Source of the DNA: Mobula hypostoma
Taxonomy: Eukaryota
NCBI RefSeq assembly: GCF_963921235.1
Contig: NC_086107.1
Coordinates: 109,742,001 to 109,806,000, forward strand
Direction: 5' to 3'
Length of the DNA stretch: 64,000 bases
The translations under genes and the position numbers were made by a program. Shown one piece after another: positions 49,216 to 62,518 of this stretch (position 1 is the stretch's first letter; each line of letters starts with the position of its first letter). The notes under the pieces were generated by a model that did not search any database, was not told the origin of the DNA, and worked only from the letters and a program-made list of their open reading frames with translations.

Positions 49216-51359
49216 AGAACAGAAGTGCTAGTTTCTTTTAAACAGTCAGATCCAAGTTGCTTACTGCCCATTACGCCATTGGCATTTAGGGCAGCAATGA
49301 AGGTCCTCCATCTCTGGTGGTGTTCAGGGCTTCCTTCATCATGTAAGTAGCTTCCTCTTGGCTTTCACTACTGTCAGTCATGCAAATCCCGGGTGGAGAC
49401 TCAGGAATACCATCACACTCAGATGTAGAAGGCTTCTTCAGTGCTGCTTCCGTAAGTTTTGTTCCCCCCTCAGCTGAACCCCCTTGTACCTGGAGGACCG
49501 GTGGACCACTCTTAGTCTGGCCTCTACCCTTTGACCTGTTTGACATGGCTCCCTACCAAGAGCCAAAGGAGAAAGCCCTGACTCCAGCCAACGTAGCTCT
49601 CTGGGTCATTGAGACATGCCAGCCTCCAAATCCAAGGTGTACGGTCCTCTTGGGGGGGTCAACTCCAAGCACGTGGTTTTACCTAAGCTCTCTCACTTTT
49701 CCTGAGTCTGGTTAGTAGAGTGTGGAGTGTGGTCAGGGTCACTCAGGAGGGAGGGAGTGTTCTCTGCCTGCTTGCTACTGAATGACCTCCTGTTCAACAC
49801 CACACATTGGGTCAGCAAGCAAGGGCAAGACTGGGGCTTGGCACTGCATTGCAGTTGAATAGCCTGTCACAATGACATGAATAAATCATAGAACCATACA
49901 GCATGGAAGTGAGCCCTATAGCCCGATTGTTCAGTGCCAACCCATCAAAGCTTATTCCAGCATGGATCCCCTACAATTAACCAAGTGGTCCGTGGACCCC
50001 CTGTTCTGAAACCTCACCAATCTATATACCTGTCCAATTATCTTTTAAAAGTTGTTTTTGTACCTGCCTCAGCCACTCCCTCTGGCAGCTCATATCATGC
50101 TTTGTGTGTTTTTAGGAGAAAAAAAATAGTTGCCCCTCAGTCTTTCCCCTTTCACCTTAAAGCTTTAATCTCTAGATCTTGAGTCCCCAACCCTAGGAGA
50201 AAGACTGTGCATATTGATCCTGTCTATGCCTGCTCATGATATCCTAACTTCCATAAGGATTGAAGTCATAGAGCACTACAGCAAACAAACAGGCCCTTCA
50301 GACATACCTTGTGCCCAAGTTCTAGCCTGTCCAATCTCTCCCTAGAACTCAGTCCAAGTCTTGGCAACAACCTTGTAAATCTTTTCTGCACTCTTGATGC
50401 CAGTCAAAATGCAGAGCAGAGAGGGTCCTGCTACCCAGCCTGGTTGGAGAACGTTACGTGTACCTCAGGTGGGGAGAGGAAGGAAGATAATGCCAGTTCT
50501 CCATGTAAAGTGCTTGTACTTCCAGTCATATGACCATAAGAGATAGGAGCAGAATTAGGCCATTCCATCGTGGTTGATTTATTATCCCACTCAACCCCAT
50601 AATCTTGCCTTCCCACTGTAACCTTGAATGTATTTACTGATCAAGAACCTATCAACCTCTGCTTTAAACTTACCCATTGACCTGCCCTCTACAGCCACTG
50701 AACGCAACAGATTCCCACACTCTGGCTAAAAAAAATTCATCCTCATCTCTGTTCTAAAGGGACTTCCTTGCATTCTGAGGCCACGCCCTCTGGTTCGAGA
50801 CTCCCCCACTATCGGAAATAGTCCTGCCCTCATCTACTCTGTCTAGGCCTTTCAATATTCAACAGATTTCAACGAGAAACCCCCCCCCCCGCCATTCTTC
50901 TAAACTCCAAAGAGTGCAGGCCCAATCAATGCTACTTCATAAATTTGAGAAGCCCAAATGTTCTTTAAGTACTTTTAGGTGTTATTTACCAAAAGCACAT
51001 TCCGTGCCCATTCCAGTTGTGTCACTAAAGGTGTTTGTTTGCTTATTTATTTATTTAGAGGTACAGCATGGAAACAGGCCCGATAAGCCACATGACCAAT
51101 TAAATTACCTGGTACATCTCCCAGAGGAAACCAACTGGGTGACAGGTAGAACGTACAAACTCCTTGGAGAGAGGGCCAGGATGAACCCAGAACTCCCCGA
51201 GCAGTAACAGTGTTACGCTAACCACCAGGCTACCGTGGTGCCTGCTTCATCAGGGCACTATCTTGGTTTTACAGCAGGCTTCCACACAGCTGGAAGAACT
51301 TGCTGAAGCTCCAGAGGGGCTTGCCAAGGATCGGCTGAGAGGGCAGCCTGGATCTAGGG

Positions 51360-51440
51360 AAAGGGTTCCCAACCTTTTTTATGCCATGGACCCCTACCAT
51401 TAACTTGGTGGTCCGTAGATCCCCAGGTTGGAAACCCCTG
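51360..51440. mobile_element. 81-bp hAT MITE
   Basis: (a)aagggttcccaacct ... aggttggaaacccctg termini with 8-bp TSD ATCTAGGG (51352-51359 and 51441-51448). Confidence 0.85.
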
Positions 51441-52004
51441 ATCTAGGGGATACAGTCCCAGATGCAGGTGAGGTGCAATCCTATCAAAGCCATGAATCGT
51501 TGAATTTCTGCCTCAGGTAGGCACGGAAACCGTTGGGTACTTTCAAGGTCAAGTTCAACCTTTGGTCTCCAAGAAAGAGGAGGCCAATGAGTAACAGGCA
51601 AGAAAATGGAGTTAGAGGCCCATGATTTTACAGAAAAGTTTGAGGGACTACGTGACCCTATTTTGTCATTCTGTTGGAGTATGGCTGAACTAATAACAAC
51701 AGGCTAGTGTCTGAGTGAAAACAGAGCACGCCGGGCTGCATCTGTGGGGAAAGAAAACCAGGTAATGGCCCATCCCAAACAAGGTCGAAGCAGCCTGCTT
51801 GTTAGATACCCCCCATCAATCTTCGGACCATGTTTGTCATTGATTCAGATGACACATTTCACAGCATGTTTCGATGCACATGTGATAAATAAAGCTGGTC
51901 TTCATATAAATCTGGAACTCCCCGACCTAAAGCACCACCTTCACTAAAATGACAACAATGATTCAAGATCACCACCAGTTACTGCCTGCTACAGGAAGTC
52001 ATTG

Positions 52005-53491
52005 GAGTTCTATTCAAAAGGTTCAAAGGAACATCTAAACAAGCCTGATGCATTTTAGAAACAAGTCCTGTGGACTGATGAAGTTAAAATAGAAGTTTTT
52101 GGCCACAATGAGCAAAGGTATGTTTGGAGAAAAAAGGGTGCAGGATTTCATGAAAAGAACCCCTCTCCAACTGTTAAGCACGGGGGTGGATCGATCATGC
52201 TCTGGGCTTGTGTTGCAGCCAGTGGCACGGGGAACATTTCACTGGTAGAGGGAAGAATGAATTCAATTAAATACCAGCAAATTCTGGAAGCAAACATCAC
52301 ACCATCTGTAAAAAAGCCAAAGATGATAGGGTAGTTAGAAAGCTTATGGGGTGTTAGCTTTCATAAGTCGAGGGATAGAGTTTAAGAGTCGCGGGGTAAT
52401 GATGCAGCTTTATAAAACTCTGGTTAGGCCACACTTGGAGTACTGTGTCCAGTTCTGGTTGCCTCACTACAGGAAGGATGTGGAAGCATTGGAAAGGGTA
52501 CAGGTATTTACCAGGATGCTGCCTGGTTTAGAGAGGATGGATTATGATCAGAGATTAAGGGAGCTAGGGCTTTACTTTTTGGAGAGAAGGAGGATGAGAG
52601 GAGACATGATAGAGGAGTACAAGATATTAAGAGGAATAGATAGAGTGGATAGCCAGCGCCTCTTCCCCAGGGCACCACTGCTCAGTACAAGGGGACATAA
52701 CTTTAAGGTAAGGGGTGGGAAGTTCAAGGGGGATATTAGAGGAAGGTTTTTAACTCAGAGAGTGGTTGGTGCGTGGAATGCACTGCCTGAGTCAGTGGTG
52801 GAGGCAGATACACTGGTGAAGTTTAAGAGACTACTAGACAGGTATATGGAGGAATTTAAGATGGGGGGTTATATGGGAGGCAGGGTTTAAGGGTCGGCAC
52901 AACACTGTGGGCCGAAGGGCCTGTACTGTGCTGTATTATTCTATGTTCTATGTCTATGAAAAGAGGATGGCTTCTACAACAGGATAATGATCCTAAACAC
53001 ACCCCAAAATCCACAATGGACTACCTCAAGAGGTGCAAGCTGAAGGTTTTGCCATAGCCCTCACAGTCCCCTGACCTAAACATCATTGAGAATCTGTGGA
53101 TAGACCTCAAAAGAGCAGTGCATGCAAGACGGCCCAAGAATCTCACAGAACTAGAAGCCTTCTGCAAGAAGAATGGGCAAAAATCCCCCAACAATAATTG
53201 AAAGACTCTTAGCTGGCTACAAAAAGCAATTACAAGCTGTGGTACTTGTCAAAGGGGGTGTTACTAAGTACTGACCATGCAGGGTGCCCAAACTTTTGCT
53301 TCTGGCCCTTTCCCTTTTTTGTTATTTTGAAACTGTAAAAGATGGAAATAAAAGTTTTCTTACTTAAAATATTAAAGAAATGTGTCATCTTTAACTTCAT
53401 GCCTTTTGGAAATCAGTTCATCTTTTACTCGCTTAGCTATTCACAGTAACAGAAATTTTGACTGGGGTGCCCAAACTTTTGCATGCCACTG
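52005..53491 (+). mobile_element. 5'-truncated Tc1 element interrupted by CR1
   Basis: VLWTDEVKIEVFG, TVKHGGGSIMLWAC, QDNDPKH and [14 protein letters not shown] remnants; right end ccaaacttttgcatgccactg|TA. Confidence 0.88.
52327..52955 (+). mobile_element. young CR1 3' fragment nested in Tc1
   Basis: Uninterrupted 179-aa ORF2 C-terminus (52351-52890), ttctatg tail, ATGA duplicated at both flanks. Confidence 0.9.
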
Positions 53492-53769
53492 TATATAACT
53501 ATATAGGAATCTTTTTGTAACTGATAGTACTTTTTATGTATTTCACTCTTCTGTGGCAAAACAACAAATTTCACAAAGGTCGGTGATAATAAATCTGATT
53601 TTGATTTTGACAGGCTGAATGGCCTAATTCTGCTACTGTACCCAAGGGTCGACCAAGGATATTGCATTCGAGCTGTCTATGTGATACGCAAGCCGGGACA
53701 GTACGATATGGAGAGCAAGCTGTTGCCCATACAGCAGACTCTCCAGATAGGGATGATAGGGAGAGTTAG

Positions 53770-54830
53770 AATGTAGAAATCTACAGCACATTACAGGCCC
53801 TTCGGCCCACAATATTGTGCCGACCATGTAACCTATTCTAGAAACTACCCTACCGTCTAGCCCTCTATTTTCCTAAGCTCCATGTACCTATCTGAGAGTC
53901 TCCTAAAAGACCGTTGTATCCCCCTCTATCACTGTCACCAGCAGTGCATTCCACACACCCACCACTCTCTGTGTGGAAAAACTTAGCCCTGACATCCCCT
54001 ATGTACCTACTTCCAAGCCCCCTCTCATGCTAGCCATTTCAGCCCTGGGAAAAAGCCTCTGGCTAGCCACACCATCAACGCCTCTCGTCATCTTATACAC
54101 CTCTCATCCTCCGTCGCTCCAAGGGGAAAAGGCCGAGTTCACTCAACCTATTCTAATAAGGCATGCTCCCCAATCCGGGCAACATCCTTGTAAATCTCCT
54201 CTGCACTCTCTCTACAGTATTCACATCCTTCCTATAGTGAGGTGACCAGAACTGAGCACAGTACTCCAAGTGTGGTCTGACCAAGGGCCTTCACCCCCCT
54301 CCCGTATCCTTTCATGCCCTGACCAATCAAGAATCTATCAACTTCTGCCTTAAATATACAGTACATACAGACTTGGACTCCACAGGCGCCTGTGGCAACA
54401 AATTCCAGATTCACCAGTCTCTGGCTAAAGAAATTCCGCCTCATCTCCTCTCCATTCTGAGGCTGTGTCCTCTGGTCCTAGCCTCTCCCACCATCTGAAA
54501 CATCCTCTCCGCATCCACTCTGTCGGGGCCTTTCAACATTCGATAGGTTTCAATTAGGTCACCCTCATTCTTCTGAATTCCAGTGGATACAGCCCCGGAG
54601 ACGTCAAACGCTCTTCATATGACAAGCCGTTCAGTCCTGGAATTATTTTCGTGAACCTCCTTTGAACCCTCTCCAGTTCCAGTACATCCTTTCAAAGATA
54701 AGGGGCAGAAAATTGCTCACATTACTCCAAGTGAGGCTTCACCAGTGCTTTATAAAGTCTCAATGTTACATCCTTGCTTTTGCATTCTAGTCCTCTTGAA
54801 ATGAATGCTAACATCACACTTGCCGCCTTG
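53770..54830 (-). mobile_element. two tandem CR1 3' fragments
   Basis: Reverse-strand CR1 C-terminal remnants (MRRNFFSQRLVNL) and tail complement atgtagaaatctacagcaca. Confidence 0.75.
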
Positions 54831-56954
54831 TCGCTGTTTGCGTGATTTTTTTTGCGCGCGGGGGGGAGTTGATGATCTTGTTGCCATTTGTATGATTTGA
54901 TTTTGCTTTTCGTATGTGTGTGTGTGTGTGTGTGGGGGGGGTTGATGTTTTTCTCTGAACAGCTTCCGTGGTTTTCTTTGATTCATGGCTATCTGGAGAA
55001 GACAAATCTCAGAGTTGCAAACATACTTTGATAATAAAAGTACCCGGAATCCTGAACCTTGAAGTCGAGGATCCAGTTGCAGAGGGGGCCAAGTTTTGAA
55101 GTCTGATGATTAATACTGAGGGACGAACACTGAACGGTAACCAACATATAACAGCCGGAGGTATGTCTTGCTGTTGTCTAGATACAGAGCCGAGTGGAGA
55201 GCAAGTGAGACGGCGTCTGCTGTTGACCTGTTGCAGTGACAGGCAAGTTGCTGAGAGTCCATGCCCTTGTTAAGGCAGGAGTTAATTCCAGCCATAATCA
55301 ACCTCTCAAAGCACCTCATCACAGTAGATGCGAATTCTATGGTGCAACAGTCGCTCAGGCAGTTCACCCTGCTCTTCTTGGGCACTGGTATGATTGAATC
55401 AGCCGAGAACTTCAGACCACAGCAGGGAGAGGTTGAAGGTGACCTCGAACACTCCAGCCAGTTGGTTTTCAGTACCTGGTCAAGAACGCATTCGATGGTT
55501 GGATGCAAACACGAGGAAATCTGCAGATGCTGGAATTTCAAGCAACACACATCAAAGTTGCTGGTGAACGCAGCAGGCCAGGCAGCATCTCTAGGAAGAG
55601 GTACAGGCAACGCTTCGGGCTGAGACCCTTCATCAGGATGAACTGAAGGAAGAGCTAGTAAGAGATTTGAGAGGGGGAGGGGGAGATCCAAAATGATAGG
55701 AGAAGCCAGGAGGGGGAGGGATGGAGCCAAGAGCTGGACAGTTGTGGAATTCACTCAGGAGTAGAGTTATTCTCCCTTTCAAAAACGAAGAAAGTGCGAG
55801 AAATGTGTAAACGTCTCAGTTTGGCTGTAGCTATATTTACACTAGAATGTGTAGTTAAAGAGTCAAGATTCAACGTGTAGTTAGACAGCCCATGTGGGCT
55901 GTATATTTCTACAATTCTGCAATCTCAATTGGGTGTGTGTGTGTGTTACCATTACAGAGTACAAGTTGACCACAAGAGTTTTGAGGCAGATTTTTATTTT
56001 TATTTAGAGCTACAGTGTGCAAAAGGCCCTTCTGGTCCTCCGAGCCGTGTCGCCCCAGCAACCCCTGATTCAACCCAGACCTAATTAAAGGTCAATTTAC
56101 AATGAATAATTAATCTCAAAACTAGAATGCCTTTGCGCTGTCGGAGGGAGCTGGAGCACCCGGAGGAAGCCCACGCATTCTACGTGAATACTCCTTAGAG
56201 ATGATGTCGAAATTGAACTCCGACCTCCGACGCCCCAAACTATAATAGCATTGCGCCAACCACTAGGCTACCGTGGAACAATAGTGCGACAGAAAGAAAG
56301 CATGTATTATGAAATTGCTATTTGACCCCATGCAGTATTATTGAGACCCCTTTAAATATTCAGAGCCAGCAAATGGCAGAAGATGACAGCTGATTAATTG
56401 AGTGGCTGCCTTTAAGTCAAATGAACAGCAGAGTGAAGCGTTACAGGAACCTCCCGGTCAAATCACAACGCTAACATTTCAGTTGCGGCACGGTGGCTCG
56501 TTTGGCTCCGACGCCGTGCTGCCGAGAAGTGGCCAGTACCAGAAAGTGCACTCGCAGAGCCTGCCCCTGTGCCGGGCCACAAACCTGTGTGCGACATAGA
56601 GCGAGGACTGTCCAGCACTGGGGTCTTCTCATCCGTCCAAGTGTCTCATCGGCCCACCCACAGCGTTACTGCAGCTGCCGGATTTCCAGCTTCACCATCG
56701 GCGCTATTTTATTTAGCGGTTCTGCACGGAGTGGGCCCTTTTGTCCCTTCGAGCCGTCCTGCCCCCCCCCCCCAGCAACCCCCACAACTCCAACTAACCC
56801 TAACTTAATCATGGGACAATTTACATTGACCAATTAACTGACCCGGCACGACCTCGGACCGTGAGAGGACCCGGAGAAAACCCACGCATTCCACGGGGAG
56901 GACGTACGGAGACTCCTCGCGGAACCAAACTCCGAAATTGCTGGGACGTGTACG

Positions 56955-57692
56955 GTCATGCACTTTGGCGGAAGAAATAAAAAGCAGAGACTATTTTCTA
57001 AACGTGAGAAAATTCAAAACTCTGAGGTACAAAGGGACCTGGGAGTCCCTGTGCAGGATTCCCTAAAGGTTAACTTACAGGTTGAGTTGGTGGTGAGGAA
57101 GGCAACTGCCATGTTAGCACTCATTTCCAGAGGACTATAAAGCATTATAAAGCGCTGGTGAGGCCTCACTTGGAGTATTGTGAGCAGTTTTGGGCCCCTT
57201 ATCTAAGAAGGGATATGCTGACATTGAAGAGGTTTATGAGAATGACTCCAAGATTGAAAGACTTTCATATGAGGATTGTTTATGGCTGTGGGCCTGTACT
57301 CACTGGAATTCAGAAGAATGAGGGGGATCTCACTGAAACCTACTGAATGTTGGAAGGTCTCGATAGAGTGGATGTGGAGAGGATGTTTCCTATCGTGGGG
57401 GAGTCTAAGACCAGAGGACACAGCCTCAGAGCAGAGATGAGGAGGAATTTCTTTAGCCAGAGAGAGTGAAGAATCTGTGGAATTCATTGCCAAAGGTGGC
57501 TGTGGAGGCCAAGTCATCAGGTACAGTATATTTAAGGCAGAGGTTAATAGATTCTTGATCAGTCAGGGAATGAAGGGAGACAGGGAGATGACAGGAGACT
57601 GGAGCTGAAAGGGAAATGGATCAGCCACGATGAAATGGCGGAGCAGACTCGATGGGCCGAATGGCCTCATTCTGTTCCTGTATCTTATGGTC
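56955..57692 (+). mobile_element. CR1 3' fragment
   Basis: MHFGGRNK...VQRDLGV..QDSLKV; RPHLEYCEQFWAPY; tail tcttatggtcttatgg. Confidence 0.85.
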
Positions 57693-58699
57693 TTATGGAA
57701 TTGAACTCCGAGCTCCATTTGCTGAGAGCCAATCATTTTCAGCCATCTTTGTCAGGTTAATGGACTGGGGGGCATCTATTCCGCACCCTTTGCCACCCCC
57801 AAGAAGATGATGAGGAACCGTCTTTGGAAACCACAGGAGAACCCATTGGCTTGGTTGGACAGTTAGATCGGACTCACGTATAGACCAGATAGGATAAGCT
57901 TTCCTTCCATAATGACAACAGTGAATCCATTCAATTTTCAAAACAGCATTCCAAATTTTCTGATGAAGGGGATCCGAGTGGAAACATTATCTGTGCCTTT
58001 CTCTATAGATGCTGCCTGACCTGCTGAGTCATTGAGCACTACAGTTCCAAAAAGGCCCTTCAGCCCATCTAGTCCATGACATACTATTACTCTGCCCAGT
58101 CCCATCGATTTGCACCCGGACCAAAGCTCTCCACACCTGTTCCATCTGAACCCTCTCCAATGTCAGCATCTTTCAAATGTTGATATTGAGCCTCGTCCAC
58201 TACTTCTGCTGGCAGCTCATTCCACACTCTCACCACCCTCTGAGTGAAGAAGTTTTCCCTTAAACATTACCCTTAACACAACACTTCTAGTTCTAGTCTC
58301 ACCCCTCAGTGGAAAAAGCCTATCTATACCCCTCATAATTTTGTATACCTCCATTAAATCTCCCCTCACTCCCCTACACTCCAGGGAATAATGCCCTAAC
58401 CAATTCAACCTTTCCCTATAATTCAGGTTCTCAAGTCCAGGCAACATCCTTGTAAATTTTCTCTGTACTCTTTTAACCTTATTGCTATCTTCTGGTGGTG
58501 ACTCGTGCAAGCAGCTTCAATGGAAATCATCACATATTCCTGTTTTAGATTGACACAGCTACAGCCATGGACAATGCAGTAAGCAACATCACTTTAAGGT
58601 ATTTAAAAACTCTATCACTACTCAAAAGTCGACAAATCTCAGACAGTAGTCTCCAGTTGCAAGTGCAGTTCCCCTTTAAGACAGTGGAAGAGAGGATGC

Positions 58700-61045
58700 T
58701 GTGCTGGATTTAAGATGATGAGGGTTCCAAATTCCACCTCCGTCCGTTCTGCTGGCAGATGTACAGTCTCTGGAAGATAAAACTGAAGACGTCACAGCAA
58801 GATTGCTGTACCTGGGGGTTATCAGAGGCTGTTGTGTTTTTTGTTTCACGGAGACTTGGCTATCCCCCGTCATTCTGGACGCAGCCATACAGGTTGCTGG
58901 CTTCACGACCAAGATAGGACTGCTGACTCTTTTGAAGGCAGAGGAGGTGGAGTACGCTTTATGATTAACTCCTCCTGGTGCACAAACGTGGTGGTTCTGC
59001 TCACTCAACCTGGAACCTCTAGCAATCATTTTATCTGACGTGGAAGTTTCCAGCCATCATGTTGTTAGCAGTGTATATTCGACCTCAGGCCCGTGTCAAA
59101 CGGGCTCCAGACGACCTGAGCAGTGTAATCAACAGGCTGGAAACAGCACATCCTGATGCCTTCCCCATCACTGATTTCGATAGAACCTGTGTGGATGAGT
59201 GTGTGCCTACGGGAACATATCAGACATACCTGAGTCAAGTGCCATGGATGAACCAGGAGATTCATGGTCTGCTGAGAGCTAGGTCTGTGGCTTTCAAGTC
59301 TGGAGATCCAGGACTGTACAAGAAGGCCAGGTATGACTCACGGAGGGCCACCTCAAGAGCAAAAGAACAATTCCGAAAGGGTTGGGGGCGACATCGGATG
59401 CACATCAACTGCGGCAGGGTTCACAGGCCATTACCGCCTACAGAGTGAAACCCTAACACCACGAATGGCTGTGATGCGTCACTCCCAGACGAGCTTGCTC
59501 GCTTTGAAAGGGAGAATAAAACGACAGCTATGAGGATCCCTGCAGCATCTGGTGAACCTGTGATCTCTGTCCCAGAGGCCGACGTCAGGCTTTCTTTCAG
59601 AAGGCTGAATCCTCCCAAGGCAACTGGCCCCGATAGTGTACCTGGTAGGATGCTGAAAACCTGGGACAACTAACTGGCAGGAGGTGCTCAAAGACATTTT
59701 CAATCTCTTATTGCTGCAGTCAGAAGTTCCCAACTGCTTCAAAAGAGCAACAATTATACCAGTGCCCAAGAAGAATAGGGTGAGCTGCCTTAATGACTAT
59801 CATTCAATAGCACTCACATCTACGGCGGTGAAATGCCTTGAAAGGTTGGTCATGGCCAGAATCAACTCCTGCCTCAGCAAGAACCTGGACCACCGCAATT
59901 TTCCTATCGCCACAATAGGTCTACAGCGGATGTGGTCTCAGCAGCTCTTCACAAGGCCTTGGGTCACCTGGACAATACAATACCCATGTCAGGATGCTGT
60001 TTATTGACCACATCTCAGCGTTTAACACAATCATTCCTACAGTTCTGATCAAAAAGTTCTAAAACCTGGGCCTCTGCAACAGGATCTTTGACTTCCTAGC
60101 CGGAAGACCACAATCTGTGCGGATCGGTAATTAACATCACCGTCTCGCTGGCGGTCAACGCTGGCACACCTCAAGGATGTGTGCTCAGCCCACTGTTCTA
60201 CTCCCTCTACACCCATGACTGAGTGACTAGGCAAAGCTCGAATGCCATCTACAAATCTGCAGACAACACAACTACTGTTGGCAGAATTTCAGGTGGCGTA
60301 CAGGAGCGAGACAGATCAGCTGGTTGAGTGGTGTCGCAACACCAATCTCGCACTCAACGTCAGTAAGACCAAAGAATTGACTATGGCCTTCAGGAAGAAT
60401 AAGACAAGGGAGCACACATCAGTCCTCATCGAGGGACCAGAAGTGGAAAGAGCGAGCAGTTTCAAGTTCCTGGGCGTCAACATCTCTGAGGATCTGTCCT
60501 GGGCCCGACATATTGATGCAGTTACAAAGACAGCGGCTCTGTTTCATTAGGAGTTTGAGGAGATTTGGTTTGACACCGAAGACACTCGCAAATTTCTACA
60601 AATGTACCGTGGAAAACATTCAGACTGGCTGCATCACCATCATGCACGGTGGGTGGATCGAAATAAGCTGCAGAAAGTTGTGAACTCAGTCAGCTCCATC
60701 ATGGGGACCAGCCTCCCCAGCATCCAGGGGATATCTTCGAAGAGTAATGACTCAAAAAGGCAGCGTCCATCATTAAGGACCCCCATCAGCCAGGGCATAC
60801 CCTCTTCTCATTGCTACCATCAGGAAGGAGGCACAGGAGCCTCATGATTCAGAAATCTCCTCTTCCATCAGATTTCTGAGTGAACATTGAACCCATGAAC
60901 AGTTTCTCAATGCTTTTTTTTTGCCTTACTTACTTAACTTTATAAAAAATATATATATACTGACTGTAATTTACAGGTTTTGTTATTATGTATTACATTG
61001 TACTGGTGCCACATAACAACAAATTTCAGTGATATTAAACCTGAT
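58700..61045 (+). mobile_element. long decayed Rex1/Babar-like LINE (endonuclease and RT remnants)
   Basis: FCFTETWL (APE endonuclease), [51 protein letters not shown]; many frameshifts; tail attaaacctgattct. Confidence 0.88.
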
Positions 61046-61297
61046 TCTCACTCTGGTCTCTCCTGTAGGTAAACAACCAGAACTGCACACAATACTCCCA
61101 ACTAAGCCTCACCAATTGAATTTCCTAACTCCCGTACTGAATATTCTGATAGCCAAAGTGCCAGAAGCTTTAAGATCCTTTCTCCTGTGACACCTGAAGT
61201 GCTGACTACAGTTTTCTCAAGGTTTACTTTGTTAATCCAGGCGGGACTTGAGTTTCGGATGAGGCTCCCGTGCCGCTCCCCGGACGACAGGGCCCGT

Positions 61298-61450
61298 CTA
61301 GTCCAGGTCCATGTACTCCTCCAGTACCGATAAAAAGCTGCTGGTGCAAAGCTGGTTGGAGAACTGCAGGTTCATTTCATCGCTCCTCAGAGACGAGGCT
61401 CCAATTCCGAGAGCCAACTCGTGCAGCAGCTGGAAGGATACAGGGACCAC
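61298..61450 (-). CDS. IRF3: IRF3 terminal coding exon (serine-rich regulatory tail)
   Basis: Minus strand ctccctcccttcgtccag|; VVPVSFQLLHELALGIGASSLRSDEMNLQFSNQLCTSSFLSVLEEYMDLD then TAG; contains the GASSL motif; phase 0 matches the previous exon. Confidence 0.88.
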   Translation of the reverse strand: MVPVSFQLLHELALGIGASSLRSDEMNLQFSNQLCTSSFLSVLEEYMDLD

Positions 61451-61809
61451 CTGGACGAAGGGAGGGAGAGCCCATCAGCACAGTACCTGCATCGCATTCG
61501 CAATAACGAATTACCAAAGAACAAACGCACGCACACACACAAAACGCTGGAGGAACTTAACAGGTCAGGCAGAGGGAAATAAACAGTCGACGTTTTGGGC
61601 CAAGACCTTTCATGCTTCTACACACTTCCTTTCCAGCCCTGGTGAAGGGCCTCGGCCCGAAACGCCAACTGTTCATCCGTTTCCATGGATGCCGCCTGGC
61701 CCGCTGAGTTCCTCCAGCATTCCATCTGTTTCTCAGAAACCGCACATCCCTTCACATGCTCACCACAACTCACAAAGCAGAAGGTAAAATTGACTGTTAG
61801 CATTATGAC

Positions 61810-62420
61810 CATAAGACCTGGGAGAATTAGGCCATTCGGTCCATTTAGTCTTCTCCACCATGCCATCATGGCTGATTTATTTTCCCTCCCAATCCCATTC
61901 TCCTCCCTTCTCCCCAGAACCCTTGACACCCTTGCTAATCAAGAACCTATCAACCTCTGCTTTAAATATACCCAGTGACTTTGCATCCACAGCCATCTGT
62001 GGCAATGAATTCCACAGATTCACCACCTCCTGGCTACAGAAATTCATCCTCCTCTCTGTTCTAAATAGACGTCCCTCTATTCTGAGGCTGTGCCCTCTGG
62101 TCCTCGACTCCCCTAATGTAGGAAACATCCTCTCTAGTCCTGACTAAGGGTCTCGGCCCGAAACATCGACTGTACCTCTTCCTAGAGATGCTGCCTGGCC
62201 TGCTGCGTTCACCAGCAACTCTTATGTGTGTTGCTTGAAACTCCAGCATCTGCAGATTTCCTCGTGTTAACGTCCTCTCTACGTCCACTCTACCTAAATC
62301 TTTCAAAATTCGGTCTGCTTCAATGAGATTCGCCCCTTCATGCTCCTAAACTCCAGCGGGTTCAGGCCCAGAACCATCATGATTAACCCTTTCATTCCTG
62401 GGATGATTCTCGTGAACCTC
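61810..62420 (-). mobile_element. CR1 3' fragment in the last IRF3 intron, containing a 132-bp insert
   Basis: MFPTLGESRTRGHSLRIEG...VVNLWNSLPQ on minus; resumes after 62281. Confidence 0.85.
62137..62268 (+). mobile_element. 132-bp Penelope-type insert beginning at a hammerhead ribozyme motif
   Basis: Flanked by AACATCCTCTCTA (62124-62136) / AACGTCCTCTCTA (62269-62281); begins GTC-CTGACTA-A-GGGT-CTCG-GCCC-GAAAC-ATC-GAC. Confidence 0.8.
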
Positions 62421-62518
62421 TCAAGTACCAACACCTCCTTTCCCTCTCCCCATGGGGGGGAGGGGGAGCTCGGTGCGGTATCCCGGCGGGACGATGCGCT
62501 GCCCACAAACCAACTTAC

